The notes under the pieces are model-generated. The model was given only the letters and a program-made list of their open reading frames with translations, ran no database searches and was not told the DNA's origin. 64,000 nucleotides of DNA from Balanoglossus misakiensis (lineage: Eukaryota > Animalia > Hemichordata), in assembly GCA_040954595.2 (NCBI GenBank), contig CM082592.2:9039677-9103676 (forward strand), read 5' to 3'. Made by a program: the position numbers and the translations under genes. Numbering within the stretch: position 1 is the first letter of the stretch; each line of letters opens with the position of its first letter. Of this stretch, positions 13,101-27,369 are shown piece by piece.

Positions 13101-16100
13101 CCAAATTAAGGGGGAAACAATTTCGTGTTTGTTGGGTAGGGGGTTGGAGGCGAGGGGAGAATCTTTTCGTAGCCGAAAGAGACGAGTCGACATAGAGGAA
13201 TACCTCCAATCTACATCATCAGCACTTGTGAATCTTTTGGTTGAAACATTTCCTTACCGAAGCGCAGCTTTTAATTGAACAGAGATCAGCAATGAAGTTT
13301 TACTGGATATGTCATCTTGTTGGAATGACCACTTTTTGGGGGGATAAAAATGAAATTTTGGATGGTCAGTGGCAGTTAAATGAATGTTCACATGGTATCA
13401 ACAAAACTAATTTATATTATTGCAATATAGGAAATTGGAAACAAAAGCAGTTGTGTGAATCTCATTGTCTTCACATTAGGTATGGCATTGATTAATTTCT
13501 GACCAAAAGAAAAGTTTTTTTTTTCCTTCTGTTTTTTGTCAATCATGGCATTTATTCAGCAAATCACAGTAGAATTTGCAAATACGTCCATGATTAGACA
13601 CATGATGGAAAACTTCGACCACTGGCTGATTTCTGTTTGAGAGTCTTCCCACGCATAATTGGCCTATGGATTAAGTCAACAGGGCTGTGGTTGGAGTAGA
13701 TTTGGTTCAAGTACAAAAAAATTAAACCATATGCAACAAATCTCAGTTTGTCTTTTTATATTCAAGTGTCGTACAAACCTACTTGAAGTTTAGCACCAAC
13801 TGTAGTTGGCTGGCTGGGCAGATTTTCATAGCGATAAAATGCATTATGGGTATACTGAGTCTGAGCTGTTGTGAGTATTGGCTTCTGCTGGTTATCCGAA
13901 CTAGAAGGTCAAAATTCCCTCATTTAGAAATACCGGGTATGCCATATAATGACATCCTGTTGGAGTCAATCACTGATAGTCATCTCCGAATATACATGTA
14001 GAACGTGACTTCCGCTAATGAGACATCACTCCTGGGCTACTGAAACGATCCTATTCTTATTTCCAAGTAAAGAAACATCCCCCTTTCTGCACAGAACTGC
14101 ATGCAACGATTCCCAGCTATAGCCCATGGCACTTGGAGTGACAAAATAACACTTTGTGGGGCTGGTGGTGTTCATGTTCATTTTGTGTCACGATGTGATC
14201 CAACGTGGCGCCCAGGGTGCCATTTTGATGTGCTGGGCGCGCTGTAACTCAAAAATCCAGTTTTGCCTATAATACTCTGAGTACAATGCGTAAGATGTTC
14301 AAAATCGTAAGATGTTCAAAATTAACGCTGCCATGCAGCCATTTTGTTGTTAAACGGCAGCAGTCCGGCAAATGCGGAAAGTGTCCTTCTCGTTCCTGCA
14401 TATCGGTATTCTGCTTCCCAATTTTGTGGAGAATTTTATCATCTAGCAGCAACTGCTGTTATGCAACTGTTAATTGTTGCATAAGACACAGCAACAGTTC
14501 TAACCATCAAAGGCAACTGAATAGTCCAAATAAACAATTCAGACAATGATATCAAGTCCTGATACACATGATACTAATCACACTGGAATCGTGAGCTGGT
14601 GATATCAAGAAACTGTACTGCTCTGTTAGAAAAAAATGCCATATCTATTGGATGGTCCAGCCCACCTTCTCCCAGCATATATTATAAAAGCCTATGGAGT
14701 GATACTGATATCAGACTACAGCTAATGAATATTCATGAGAAAGTCTAGATCAAGACAGTCTTATTTGTTAATGTGGGAGATGGAAGGACGGGCATTGTAT
14801 AGCCCCAGGGAACAGGCTCAGAATCAGACATGACAGTGACTTGAGATGAAGTGTTACAAGATCGTCTGAGGCCTAGCCAGCCCCCCACCCCCCCCCAACC
14901 CTTTTTACAACCTTTGCTTCGAAACAGTGGTTCTAGAAAGTATCTGAAATCAATTTTTAAAAGCTTTGAGTCAATTTGAGGATTTCTAAAAAATCTCTGA
15001 GTCAGCCCTATACCTCTGCATGCATTTTGGTTAATTTTCTTGAGTCACCAGTGAGTTTGTCGAGTCAGTGTAATATGGGCTTAGAGGGTACACTCAGCTG
15101 AAATCCCAGTTCCCGTGAAAACAATATATATGGTATATCATTGAACAAATAAGGAGGTTAGATATATCCACATCTGATACTTTATTTGCTTTTAGTAAGC
15201 CAGCTAGATGATAGATAACAATTGGTTGGGAGAATGACTATTGCATAACATTGCTTGCGGGCAAGGTTGTCTGTGTGTCCATGGTGTGTCTAGGTGTATA
15301 TAGCAGTTACCTTGGATAAACATACTAGTATCCATCTGGTTAAAACACACAGACAGTACAGATAAACTTTAAAAACAATAAAAAACTTTAAAATTACTGA
15401 GAATGTGACCAGTAATTCCTGTATGGAGTAACATTAAAAATGTAGGCTTCAGTCCTTCCAATCTCTCAGAAGGCTGCTTTCCAATAGTATTGAAAATAAC
15501 AAAGTCACATTCTCGAGTTTAGAACACGTTCATTATTAATTCATCAGCTTTCGCTCAAAATAAACCCGAGTGCTCATCATGCCCCCTGAATCACTCCACC
15601 CACATGTTAAAGAAAAATTTAATCTCAAGCTAATACCAAGATCTCTTCTGATTTTGACTTTCACTAATGTGTATCAGTATACCTAGTGTATGAAAATGTT
15701 GAAATTGTACAGTGAAACAGACTAAATGTATTTGGTAGGATTGAGACTTTTGATCAGACCAGCTGATGCTTCTGTTGTTGTTGGCATCAGAATTAATATT
15801 TGTTATAATAACCATATTTATCTTCATGTTGTCAGCAAATAATGGTGAGATTGTCATTCTAGTATATCATTGATGAACAGAATAAAATGGGCCAATAGGA
15901 GTTCTCGAAGGGATTCCTGAATCAACAGGTGTCCAATCAGAAAAGGGATCATCTATAGATTGAAAATAGTCATTTTCCTGATACTTGTTTATGTTGATTA
16001 TTGTGTTCCTTCAATAATTTTCGAATTTTGCAATATGTGAATTCAACTTAACATCAACCAGTTTTGGGTTTACATTGTCTGTATAAAAACTGAGTATTTT

Positions 16101-16257
16101 AATAAAAAGTCTTGGAATCATTTTTGGAGCAGACGCATTTTCTAAAATCTTAACCAAAGCTTCCTTTTCTTGGACAGATCAAATACAAAACCAGAAGAAG
16201 CAGGTCAACTTTATCACCAAGACTGTAAGACACATTTGTGTCATTATTGGAGAAACC

Positions 16258-19200
16258 ATGGACGACGACTTCTTTGACTTCGATAGGATAATGGAAGGCT
16301 TTGAGACTTGTGGGGTCACAAGTTCGGGCAGCACAGATTCTAGGAGTCCTGGGGACCCGTACGACAGCGAAGCCAGCCCATTGCAGCCGGGCTTCTTGAA
16401 CTTCAGCGATATGGACTTCAAGTTTGATGGTAAGGCAGAAAATTTTTTGAAAAGTAGGGAGAATGTTTCATGGGTGGCAACTGTTTTAATTGATAAAGCA
16501 ACAAAATGCGCAGACAAAAATATTTCTTTGATAAGGAATCACCATTTGATTCGGCTATAGCTTCTAGCTCAACTCTGCTGATCAAAAAAAATACGTTTGC
16601 AAGTTTCTTGGTCAGATGATTATGGAAAGTGCAACTTTTCCCAGCATGCTTTGGTTATTTTTGTTTGTTCGTTTGTTTGTGGAGCTACTAGCCCACTCAT
16701 CACATATCTGCAATGCTTGATTTTTCTCACAGGTTGTGTACAAGGACAGGACACTATGACTTATAGGCTCATAAGTACTCTCCATGTTTGTGTTGCTTTT
16801 TCGAAATTCATATATTACACCTAGTTGTTACCAATGATGACTTTATTTCAGGTTACTGTATTTTCACAACATGTTAACCACTGCTGTATATTTTTACAGT
16901 TGTCTATCGAATCAACCCTGTTTCTGTGCATGCCAATTTTAAATAGTCTCCACTGTGTGAAATCACTTCAGATTTCTTATATAACACTCACAGTTTCAAA
17001 CAATTTCAGTACCCCTGACCACTTTCTGTTGTGTCAAACTATTTTGGCTTTCCAACAAATTCAAATACAACCCCTCAACAATTCCAGATGTCAGTCAAAG
17101 TTTTGTAAGGGTTAAATTAAGATTGACAAATCCAAACTATCTTGCTGTGTTTCCACATTGAAAAAAACAATCAAAAATTGTTCTAACAATTTTTGAGACT
17201 TATAAAATTAAGTAGAATTCTTAATCATGGGTCTACTGAGCCTCTGTTTTGTTTTTCACAACTGTTTTTGTTGCATTTTATATGTCCATAGTTGGTCTGT
17301 CTATCTGTTCGTCCACCAGTCAAAAGAAAGTTAACTCAGTTCTCAAATAAAATTGTGTGGTCACCATGCTTAATTTTGAGATAAACTTCATAATTTTGCC
17401 ATGAAAAAAAACACTGATTAAAAATCCTGACTTGACACTTTTTCATTACCAGCTAAATTCACTTCACAAACTGGCCCAGTGACCGCTATATTTTATTACA
17501 GATATTGATAATACAAAGAAGTTTTGAAAAATAGAATTTATATAAAATGACAATATTTTCAACTTTACTGATCGTACTTCTGTAAAAAAAAAAGACATAT
17601 GCACAGAGCTCGAGTGGACGATCAGACAAATAGATTATGTTTCCTTATGCTTTGAGCCTATTTGACTCAAAAGGTTTATTATATTGCATCAGTTTGTCAT
17701 ATTTTACACACACCTGTTGTTGGTAAGGTTTGTCCGATGAACCTGTGTGCGTCTGTGTTGTATGCTTGTGGAGAATACTTGTTTATCATCTTCCCTTTTG
17801 CAGTCACTCAAGGTGAAATGTTCACCCTATTTTTATAATGTCCTGTGTGTCGATCTCGGATCCAAAGACACAGTCAAAATCTGCATGTTGATTGTCGTTG
17901 ATGAATGGGTGAAAGAACAAGCAATATTGCTCAGAACACACAGTTCCTTACCCATACTTCGTAGACTTGAGACCCTCTGATCCGTCAGAGACATTAAGTA
18001 TTTTGGCTCTTCAAATATATAAAGCAAAGCACTAGATCCGTCTTTGCTTTGAGCCATTGATGTGTGAAATCGTCACGTTTCACGCAAGAGATGAGGTAAG
18101 GCAATTCACTTGGTTGCAGACACTGAAAATAAAAAAATGGCTCTATTTTTCTTTCTGATATACCTTCAAGCCAACTGATCCACCAAAAGTGGATAAGATT
18201 TTGTTTTGTTTCTAAGCAGCTGGCGTTCTTCACTAGCTAGGCTTGTAGGCAGCCAGAATTAGGCTTAAGTCGCGTCTCAAAGTGGTAAGTCCATTGCTCT
18301 CATTTATGACGACAGTAAGTTTTTTTTCACATATTTTTTTTTTCATTTTATTACCTGTTTCAAAGCACATTTTTCATCTTAAGTTTTGCATGTAAAACAG
18401 AAACTTGAACTCTTTTATGTCCCCCTCCCCCATAACCCGCTTCTTTTTCCACCGTTAAAAGTGGAAGGCTGGACATTGCGTTCCGCTCTTTATTTGCAGG
18501 TCTCTTAGGGTAAATAGCAACCAGACCGGGATCCAAGCCATCATCAGTTTGGTTTTTATTTACACTGTGTACAAAGCCCACAGGGCTGAAAATATTCACT
18601 AGCCAAAGATTCTTATTGAAGAGTTACGGGAGCTTTTCATAATGTTGCACAGCCATGCTCATGGCTGTGGGACTCTGATTGGCTGATCAGTACAGAGGCT
18701 CTCTAGACCACTGATTAAATGTCTTTGACTAGTGAATATTTCAAACCGTGGACACTTTGTATGAGAATCGGGTTTTAGAGACGCTGTGATATGAAGAGAC
18801 ACGCTGACAGGCTCCATATTTTCTTTTTGAAAATTTTTCCTTGGCCTCATGTTTGAGAAAAATCTAAAAAAAAAAATGGCATGCATGCAGCCTGAATTTA
18901 AATATGATGAATAAAAAAATGAAGTCGAAAGCCTGGATTTTCTGAGAAAATTTCAAAAGCAGAATATAGGCAATGAAAAAGTGAATCTCATAGCAGTTGT
19001 CAAAAGTCTGTTAGATCCTCTGCAAATAAATACCTTTCTTTTCAGTTGTTTTCGGCAAAGAGATGTAAGAAGTGACTGTTTGATTGCGAACTATCGGCAA
19101 CTAACCCCCTTCCTTTCTTTTATTCTCTCCATTCTGATATTTCTTTCCATTGGTGAACAGTTGAAGACTGTAAACCAGTCTCCAGCACAACTAGCTCTTG

Positions 19201-22200
19201 CAAGAAGAACACCTCCTGCTTGCCAAACTGCCGTGTTTGCGGTGATGTGTCGTCTGGGATACACTATGGGGTAGTATCATGTGAAGGATGTAAAGTAAGC
19301 AATGACAGTCTTTGACTCCCGTGCCGATCGATCGATTGACCGACCGACCAACCAACGCGTTCCCTACCAATGATTGCGGAGGAGAACGCGTAAAAGTGGA
19401 TGAAAATACATTAGATTTTATGAAAATGTCTTTAATTACAGTTACGACCAGACACTTGTCAAGTTGTTACTGTGTAATCTGGGCCTTAGTCAGTTTTCTG
19501 ATTTTTCAGTGTGTGTGTATGATAGGATAGTTCAAATATATTGATAGATAAAAACGGTTCATGTAGGTGCATGAGGACTTATTTTCATATGTCACATGCT
19601 TGCACTCACATGCCTATTGTGATTCAAGTTTGACGTTGTTTTTTTTTGTGCTGAATGTAGGGTTTCTTCAGGAGATGCATTGCCCAGAAGAACATCATTG
19701 TCAAGTGTCAGAAAGGAGGAGAGTGTTTGATCCGGAAGAGTACTCGAGGAAGGTGTCCGGAATGTCGCTACAAGAAATGCCTGGCTGTCGGAATGTCCAT
19801 TCACTGTAAGTGTACAGGGCAACAGGTTTTGCCACTCAAGTATGTAGTCAAACCTGTGTTAGTGGCCACCTCTATGTAGTGGCCACCTCTATAAATTGGC
19901 CACTTTGTTACGGGCTTTTATTAGGAGTGATTTGCACTTTTCCAGTTGTCACTGTGTATTCTGGGATTTAGTCAATTTTCTGATTGTTCACCCGGGCTTG
20001 AAAGGAGATTATGATGTAGCAAACCAGTGGAGCAGCAAAGATTAGATTGACGCTTTCAAGGATATTATTGCTGCTGCAGGAACTCAATGTCTTATTGCTT
20101 GCTTATTGCTATCAACCCCCTCTACTTGACAATGGTTTGGTCTTCTGTCTTCGGCCAATGGCCTTGCATCTTTCTAAGACAGAGAGAGTTGTAGTTGGAA
20201 ACTGTCAATCATAGATGGTCCTTGTCTGTTCAGTGAAACAAAAGCAGTCTCATTAATAAGGGACCCCCTGGGTCATAATTGAAGATAATGATTCTAATGC
20301 CAGAGGTAATTCTAAACAATTACACGCAGTGGGAGAGTGTTCTAAATTTTCCAAGAAAACGTGTAGAAGTCGAATCTCAGGTTATTTCTCCTCTGCTACA
20401 GATAATGATGGCATATATATTTTCATGTCTATGGTATCTCCTGAGATCACACGGATTAACATAAACTTTTTGTTCACCTACCAGATTTTGTGCACTAATT
20501 ATGAATCCATGTCAAGCACATGTAGACTGACCATTTCAATTGAATGAGGCAGTGCAGGAGTATAACATGGGGTACTGTGTCAAACACAGAGTACCAAAGT
20601 TGCCAGACTGACTGGGCTGTTTTTGCCACAAACAGAATTCTGAGATAACACGCAAAAACATTGTTCCAGGGACGTGTTTTTCCAAAATGAGCTAGATGCC
20701 TGTATTGCTATTAAAGGCTGGGAGGAAAAAAATTGATCTCATCATGCAGCGATTGAAACTGACATTTTAGTGAAATAAGATGACGTTAAATCCTCTTTTA
20801 ATTTGACAGTGATAATACAAGGTGATTATACTTTTATTGGCAAATGTCAGAATAGAGACAGTAATTTGTAGCAGATAATCAGTGGTTACAAATATCTGCA
20901 CCAACATCATCAGAAAATTACATTGGGATTTTATCCTGTATGAATTCATTTTGATTCTATAAATAATAATGCTGATAGCAATTTTCAGAAGAGGAATTTG
21001 TAAAATAACTTGTAGTTAACTAGGACTGGGAATTTTGATACATGTTTAGTTTTGTCAAACAGCATATGTGAACAATTTTCCTTAAAAGTCAGATATTACT
21101 GGTAATTATGATGGACCTTTGAAGAGAAATTTAATGGTACCTTTTGAACTAAATCAATGTCGCTATTTATTTTCTCTCCCTCTTGCTAGCTGTCCGAGTG
21201 GGCCGGTATTCCAAAAGGCAGAAAATGAAAAATCAAGCGGAAGCTGAGAGGCTGAGCGCGGTGAACTGCTCCCCGGAGGAGAGGATCGCGATGGAAAAAC
21301 GGGACAGGGAAATTTACAACAGGATACAGGCGGTGATGAAAGCTCACGAGATGACCAAATTCACCAAAGACTGTGAGAGCAACAAGGTCAGTGGAAGTCC
21401 CTATCATTTGGGTTTCTTTTGAAGGATGTGAAAGAAGTAAGGCTGGAGGCCCGATGTATGTATGACTTGATCTGTGTAGATTTAATTCATAATCAGAAAA
21501 TGTGTTTGAAACAGTGATGGCCCATAGGAGTGGTAATTGTTGATGTTTCCAGTGTTTTGATTCTGTGTCACAGCTGCAATTTCATACATAGGTTTAATTT
21601 AACAACTCCGTCCTTTTTTTCACTCCCAGGTGCAAAGATCGAGCGACGCCAGTGGTGCAGCAGCTAACACCTGCAGTTCTTCCACTCCCGGGCAGCCAGC
21701 CGCGATGACCACGCTGTCCCCGCAGCACGACATCATCTCAAAATCTTTCCAAGATGTACACCTGGCCTCAAAGTTTATCACCGAAGCTCTAGCCCCGTGC
21801 ATCTATCACTTGGTGCAGTTTGCCAAATTTGTGCCCGGTTTCATGGACCTGAACCAGGTACGGAAACTCGCAAGGCAATTGTGGTTTTGTTTGTTCTGTA
21901 CAGTGTATAGCCACAGCCACTTAAACTACTACATCATACTGTGTATACGATACCAGATTTCGATATACAGTTTTTACTACCTTTGCTACTAACTGATTTC
22001 CATTCATTTGTATTATCCAATGTTGTTCATCATCAGGAGGACCAGATGACGCTATTGAAAGGCAGCTTCTTTGAACTCTGGCTCGTCCGATCATCGAGGG
22101 GGCTCTGCGAAAAGTCTGACACTGTTCAATTTGGTCACGGACCAAGTTTCCGGTGCGCGGATCTCTTCAACTTAGCACAACTCAAGGATATCTGGTCATC

Positions 22201-22823
22201 GGTGCTAAGCTTCGCTGAAGGGTTTAACAAGACCAAGCTGATCGAAGCAGAGATCGCCATCTTCTCGGCTGTTGTGTTACTAAGTAGAGGTATGCGTTCA
22301 TAAATTTTTAATTTACCGAGTGATTCGTCCAAAATAGGCTCCAGTAAAGAGGATTAATAAAATCTCACACTCCCAAGGACCTAGATCATATTTCTCGCAC
22401 AAGTTGGGGATATTTTTGTCCCACAAAAAAAATGCCACTGGCTGATGATTTGTGTTATTTTGAGCATACAGGTGCAAACTCGCATAAAAAGTACCATGAA
22501 CTTCAATGGTAGCTTGGAAAAGCGTATTTTACAATATATTGATCATTAATGTTTTTTTTTTTATATTTTGTGCAGATCGCCCCGGCTTGAAAGATCCGGT
22601 GAAGGTGGAGAAACTGCAAGAGCTGTACATTGAATGCCTGGGTCGAGAAATCACGAGGCGGGACTGGAAAAACAAACAGCTGCTTGCAAAGACCCTGATG
22701 CAGGTGACGAAGCTACGGACAGTCTCTGAAATTTACAACTCCAAAATGAAGGTGTTTCGGGAGGAGTGGCCACTTATGGATATGCCACCCTTGTTGGCAG
22801 AACTCTTAGATTACGAGACATAA
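16258..22823 (+). CDS. Nuclear receptor, NR1 subfamily (E78/E75/Rev-erb/ROR-related, divergent)
   Basis: Exons 16258-16429, 19161-19294, 19661-19805, 21190-21386, 21630-21857, 22037-22289, 22576-22823 splice in frame. C4 zinc fingers [59 protein letters not shown] signature [26 protein letters not shown], and AF-2-like PPLLAELLD. Confidence 0.92.
19843..19910 (+). mobile_element. Tc1/pogo-type MITE terminal fragment
   Basis: tgtagtcaaacctgtgttagtggccacctct with internal repeats of gtggccacctcta; resembles TACAGTCAAACCTG-type MITE ends. Confidence 0.45.
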
Positions 22824-24208
22824 TGAATGCCTAAACGACGGCCTCTTTGTACAATGTATGTTGTTTACCCCCCAGGGAGTGGTGGTATATGTGGTATGAG
22901 CAATACTTCGGTCAAGGCTTACCAGTATACTAGTATAACACCTATGTGCAAGTGTGCAGTGCTCACATGACCACATCATGTAGCAGAAATGTCTCAGTGT
23001 TACTGTCGATGCACTGCCATTGTTTTCACTTCTCCACAAGAGGGCGCTTGCTATGCCATCCTGTGTGTTGTGATCCCTAAATCTTTCCAGCCAAATGGAC
23101 CAATGATGATATTCATAACATGTATTATTTCTTTCACTGGCAATTACCAAGGATGAAGGGCTCCTTACATCATATAATTCAGACAGTATTGTTAATTTTC
23201 TCAGAGTATTCCTTTTTCCCAGTTGAATTGTGAGCAAATCGGCCATAGTAATGGAATTCGTTGTTTTGCAACTGCTAAGAAAGTTTCATTTGTGCAGATA
23301 GGAACAGACACACACCCAAACCATCTAAAACGTGGAGTTTTGTATGAAAGCTCACCAAAACTTGTGTGCAGTTTGGTAAACAGAGAATTTGTATTACTTT
23401 GGCCACATCATGCAAGTTGTCACAACAGTGGCGGTAATGGACGGTACGGGAAAGTCCCACTGCGAATGTTTTCAGTATGTTCATAAACTTCAAATTTAAC
23501 AGTTTGGGAGAGTCCATGCACTCTCCATATTCATCAGAAACCCTGTGGGTTTCACTACATCAAACTGGGGGGGGGGGGGGGGGGTGTAATTGGGTGGTGA
23601 GACTTTGGAACATACTGTCAATTATGGCCATTGCGGTAAATATCTGCATTTCCAATTAATTACCAAGGTGACGATCATCTTATGTGCATGTGCCAAACCA
23701 GAGACTCTGGTTACAAAAATTGTATACAGTCAATGCCATAAGGCAGTGCGCATGAAATATGGAAGGAAGCGAAGGCAGTCCACTATTTCAATGCGTCAAA
23801 TGCAAAATTTGCAGAACATTTGGATTGGACGGAATGTTTGGACACACTAAATTACGCACATGCACATATGACGATCGTCAGCCTTTAAATGGATAGAAAT
23901 TGTTTTACCTTTCATTTCTTTGCATTTGTTACCACTTTTTTTCTGTGCTGCTCCCTAAAACATTCTGAAACACTCTGGATTCAGCTTGTGAACATAGTCA
24001 TTGTTATTGACAGCTAGCTGAAAAGTTCAACTGTTACCAGTTGTCATCAATATTTGTAGGGTAGAATATTGCAGGCTATGATATTAAAGAAAACATTGGG
24101 TGTTTCAATATGATTTAGGGAATGGAACAGAGAACTTGGGTTGTTACAGCCAAGAAATATGAAGAAAAATATCACCAAAATATCAAAAGTTCCAGACACT
24201 GCTGATTA

Positions 24209-24425
24209 AGGTAGCACACTTGTCATACTTTTGAATACATTTTTACCCAGTTCTTTTGAAACTACAAAATCAGAGGTTAGATCCTCAGAAATATTTTGAA
24301 TTGAAAAGAAAATTCAGGAACCTTTGGAATTTTGACTTCAGTGACCTATGGCCTTGTGTTTGGGATATCCCCCAAACAGGGAGCAAATTACTGTTCATGA
24401 TTTGTTGCATGAGAGTGTGCTACCT
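24209..24425. mobile_element. MITE with 12-bp TIRs (Kolobok-like) in the probable nuclear receptor 3'UTR
   Basis: AGGTAGCACACT (24209-24220) and AGTGTGCTACCT (24414-24425) are perfect inverted repeats; left end lies in TTAA context, right TTAA not preserved. Confidence 0.55.
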
Positions 24426-27120
24426 CGAATCAAAAGTGAAATCTGGTCCGAAGATGTTTACATGAATCTATTCTATTGCCCATTGCTTCTTCTTTCCAGT
24501 GTTTTGTTTGGAGCTATGAATGACTATAATTTACACAATTGCTGTGACACCTCCCTAGGAAAACGGTGGTGGTAAACTGAAATACTTGAAATTTTAACTC
24601 GGATACCTTGAAAACTGTCAAAAGGTGTGCATGGGAACCCTGGTATGAGAATTTCTTTTACAGATGCTGTCAGCAATAAGGTCAACACAATTTGATGTAG
24701 TAGACAATTGCGTTTTGATTTCAAACCAGTTCTTTGCTGAAGATGCTGTGTTTTAAGGTTTGGGAATATTGTAAGTTAACAAATGTACAAAGTAAAGCAT
24801 CAAAGAGGTTATCAATTTCAAGTAGAACACCTTATACCTATTTCTGAACAAGTTTTTGATTCCTATTTGCCATTATTCTGTTAAAAAAAACAATCTAGGG
24901 CAGTACATCATTATTTTCTCATTATACTATATTGTAATTATGTTGATGTTGTAAAAATTTCACTCAGTTTTAAAATGCCATAATCTTCTGAACTCAAACA
25001 ATTTACTTTTGCTATGGGCCAATCTAATGCTTGGAAGATCCAGCTGCATTGCTATGGAAACCGGTTTAAATGCTGATGATGTGAATATAGCTTTGTCTTG
25101 AATATATCAAGTGTCAAGGAAATAAAGGTTCTTGTTCTGAGGCAAGAAAATGTCTTGCTTTTATACACCAGCAAGACCTCTGTAAAAAATTAAATGTCTG
25201 AATGGAACAGATTCACTTGTTGAGTCAGTGGCACGGATTGTGTGAACACTGAGAAAAACGAGGAGTAGAAAACAAGTAGTACCAGGGTAACAACTTTTAA
25301 AGGTCAAGGTGACCTCACTCAGGGTCGCTGATGCAGATAGCTATTGGTTGGCAATCATTTTTGTAAAAGATTTATCAGAATGTAAAGAGAATGCTAAAAA
25401 AATAATGTGTAACACATTTGTGATTTATTCATGAAAGTTCAAATTTATTTCACCATATATACATATATATATATACATTTAAATAGAAAAAAGAGAGTTA
25501 ATTCTCTGTTCAGAGCACAAAAGATATAATGAAGCATCACTGCCCAGCTTGCATTGATTGATGCTTCTGTGTTCACGTGATGTGGCTCAGGTGATATTGC
25601 TTATTTACAGAGTTTATGAAAAATGTGTCAAATCTCAGGAAGTCTTTTTGGGGCTGTGAATAGGTATGGATCCACAAAAGCCTTTAGATGGCCAACCAAG
25701 ATCCAGTAGTTGGAGATGAACGGAGAAGGGGAAATTTAATTCTCAAAGCGTGCTCTGAAGGTGTCATGGTGTGAGAGTCTGTCATTTTTGGGGGTGAAAA
25801 TCAGTCCCACAGACTGTTGAGCTCTTGTTTGATATTGGAATGATCATGTTTCAATTGTCTGCTGAGAATTAAAAAAAAACAAGTAGTCTTCATATTATAT
25901 TAGTACCGGTAGGCGGATGAATTCAGTCTGTGTAATCAACACCTTGAAAATATTTTCTGTGCCTGATTTAGTTGTTTAAACATGGTGGAATGGTTGTGAC
26001 GTCCACCAATGAGTGTTTGTTTTATCATGCACTGATTGTAAGGCTGAGGCAATGGTGTGAATCTGATGCAATGATAAGTTATAGAGATTCCAATACTTGC
26101 GTGTTGGCTCATGGAATATCACTCTGCTGAGCTGGCAGTGGACTGGCAAGTGACTTTAAAGAGAATTAATAAAAAAAAAAGATATCAAGAGATGCACTCA
26201 ATGTAAAATTAAAACCATCAGTATTAGTTCACTGTTGTATGCATAAATCCCTGATTGCAATTTCCTCCTAAGTTTAAATATGGATAGGAAGCAAGATTCT
26301 AGAAAAGCAGATAGTTTCCCCTCTACCCTTCACTGTGGCATTCAGGATACTTTTCCATTTATTGTAGCAACATTAATGAAACAACAGACAAATTATGGAA
26401 ATAGTAAGATGAAACTGAAAATATGCCTTGTTGATGGTAATTCTCCAATTCAGCGACCAAACACGTCAATCAACTCGCACCCTAAATTAGCAGGTTTGTC
26501 CTGCAGCATATGAAAACCTATTTTTTTCTTTCTAGACTTGATAACAAGGCTATGATTTCTGTGAAATTGCTGTTTCCAAGTTTGTTCACATTCAGCGAAG
26601 TCATTTTAGAAAATAAAATCTTGCAACTTGCAAGAATTATTATGTACAGCCTTATAGTAGCTGGGTGTCATGATCATGTACAATTCTGTCATAAATTTTA
26701 ATGAATTCTTTGTTATTGTTTTATTTACCCAAGTATTTAGGGGTACATATTGAATAGCAAAATATTGATCTGTAACCGGTGAAAAATAAAGGTGTATTGT
26801 TCTGTACACTGTAAATATACACTGTATTATTTAAACATGTAAATTTATGATTAAATGGTGATACTGGAAACTTGCAATGCAGGTCTGGTAGTCGTTGATT
26901 TCACTGTGACTGTATGCAAATCTTTTTACGTATATTTCCATGTATGTACAAGTTCAGCCTCAATCGTATTGTACTGCACACCAGGTGGGTCCAATGTTGA
27001 TGAATACAGCAGTGTTTTAGCATGAAATGATCATAGAAGTTGCATGCCAATTTTAATAACATGTACAACCACATGTGGGAATACATTTCTGATTGATCTC
27101 TCTCTCTCTGAAAGAATAAA

Positions 27121-27162
27121 AGGATGGATGGATTGATGAATGAATGAAGGAAGGAAGGAAGA
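27121..27162. repeat. Compound microsatellite (GGAT)/(GAAT)/(GGAA)
   Basis: aggatggatggattgatgaatgaatgaaggaaggaaggaa seen directly. Confidence 0.8.
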
Positions 27163-27369
27163 CTTGTTCATGGACAAGTACAGTTAAGGCAACGGTGGTG
27201 CATTATGGGTAATTCTTATTTTACACCAATCAGATCGAGCGGCTGTTTGAGCTTGCGCAGTGAACGTCCGCCATTACAGAAATTTCCAGACGACGCGAAT
27301 CCACGTTATACAACATCGTGAACTAATACTTGACGTTCGCATATTCCCAAACAGTACACCAATATCAAA

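Noticed and set aside
12518-13209. Minus-strand ORFs of 126 and 105 aa
   Set aside because: No recognisable motifs; explained by GC-rich promoter-like sequence.
22806-23246. 146-aa minus-strand ORF
   Set aside because: Antisense to the nuclear receptor 3'UTR with random composition and no splice support.
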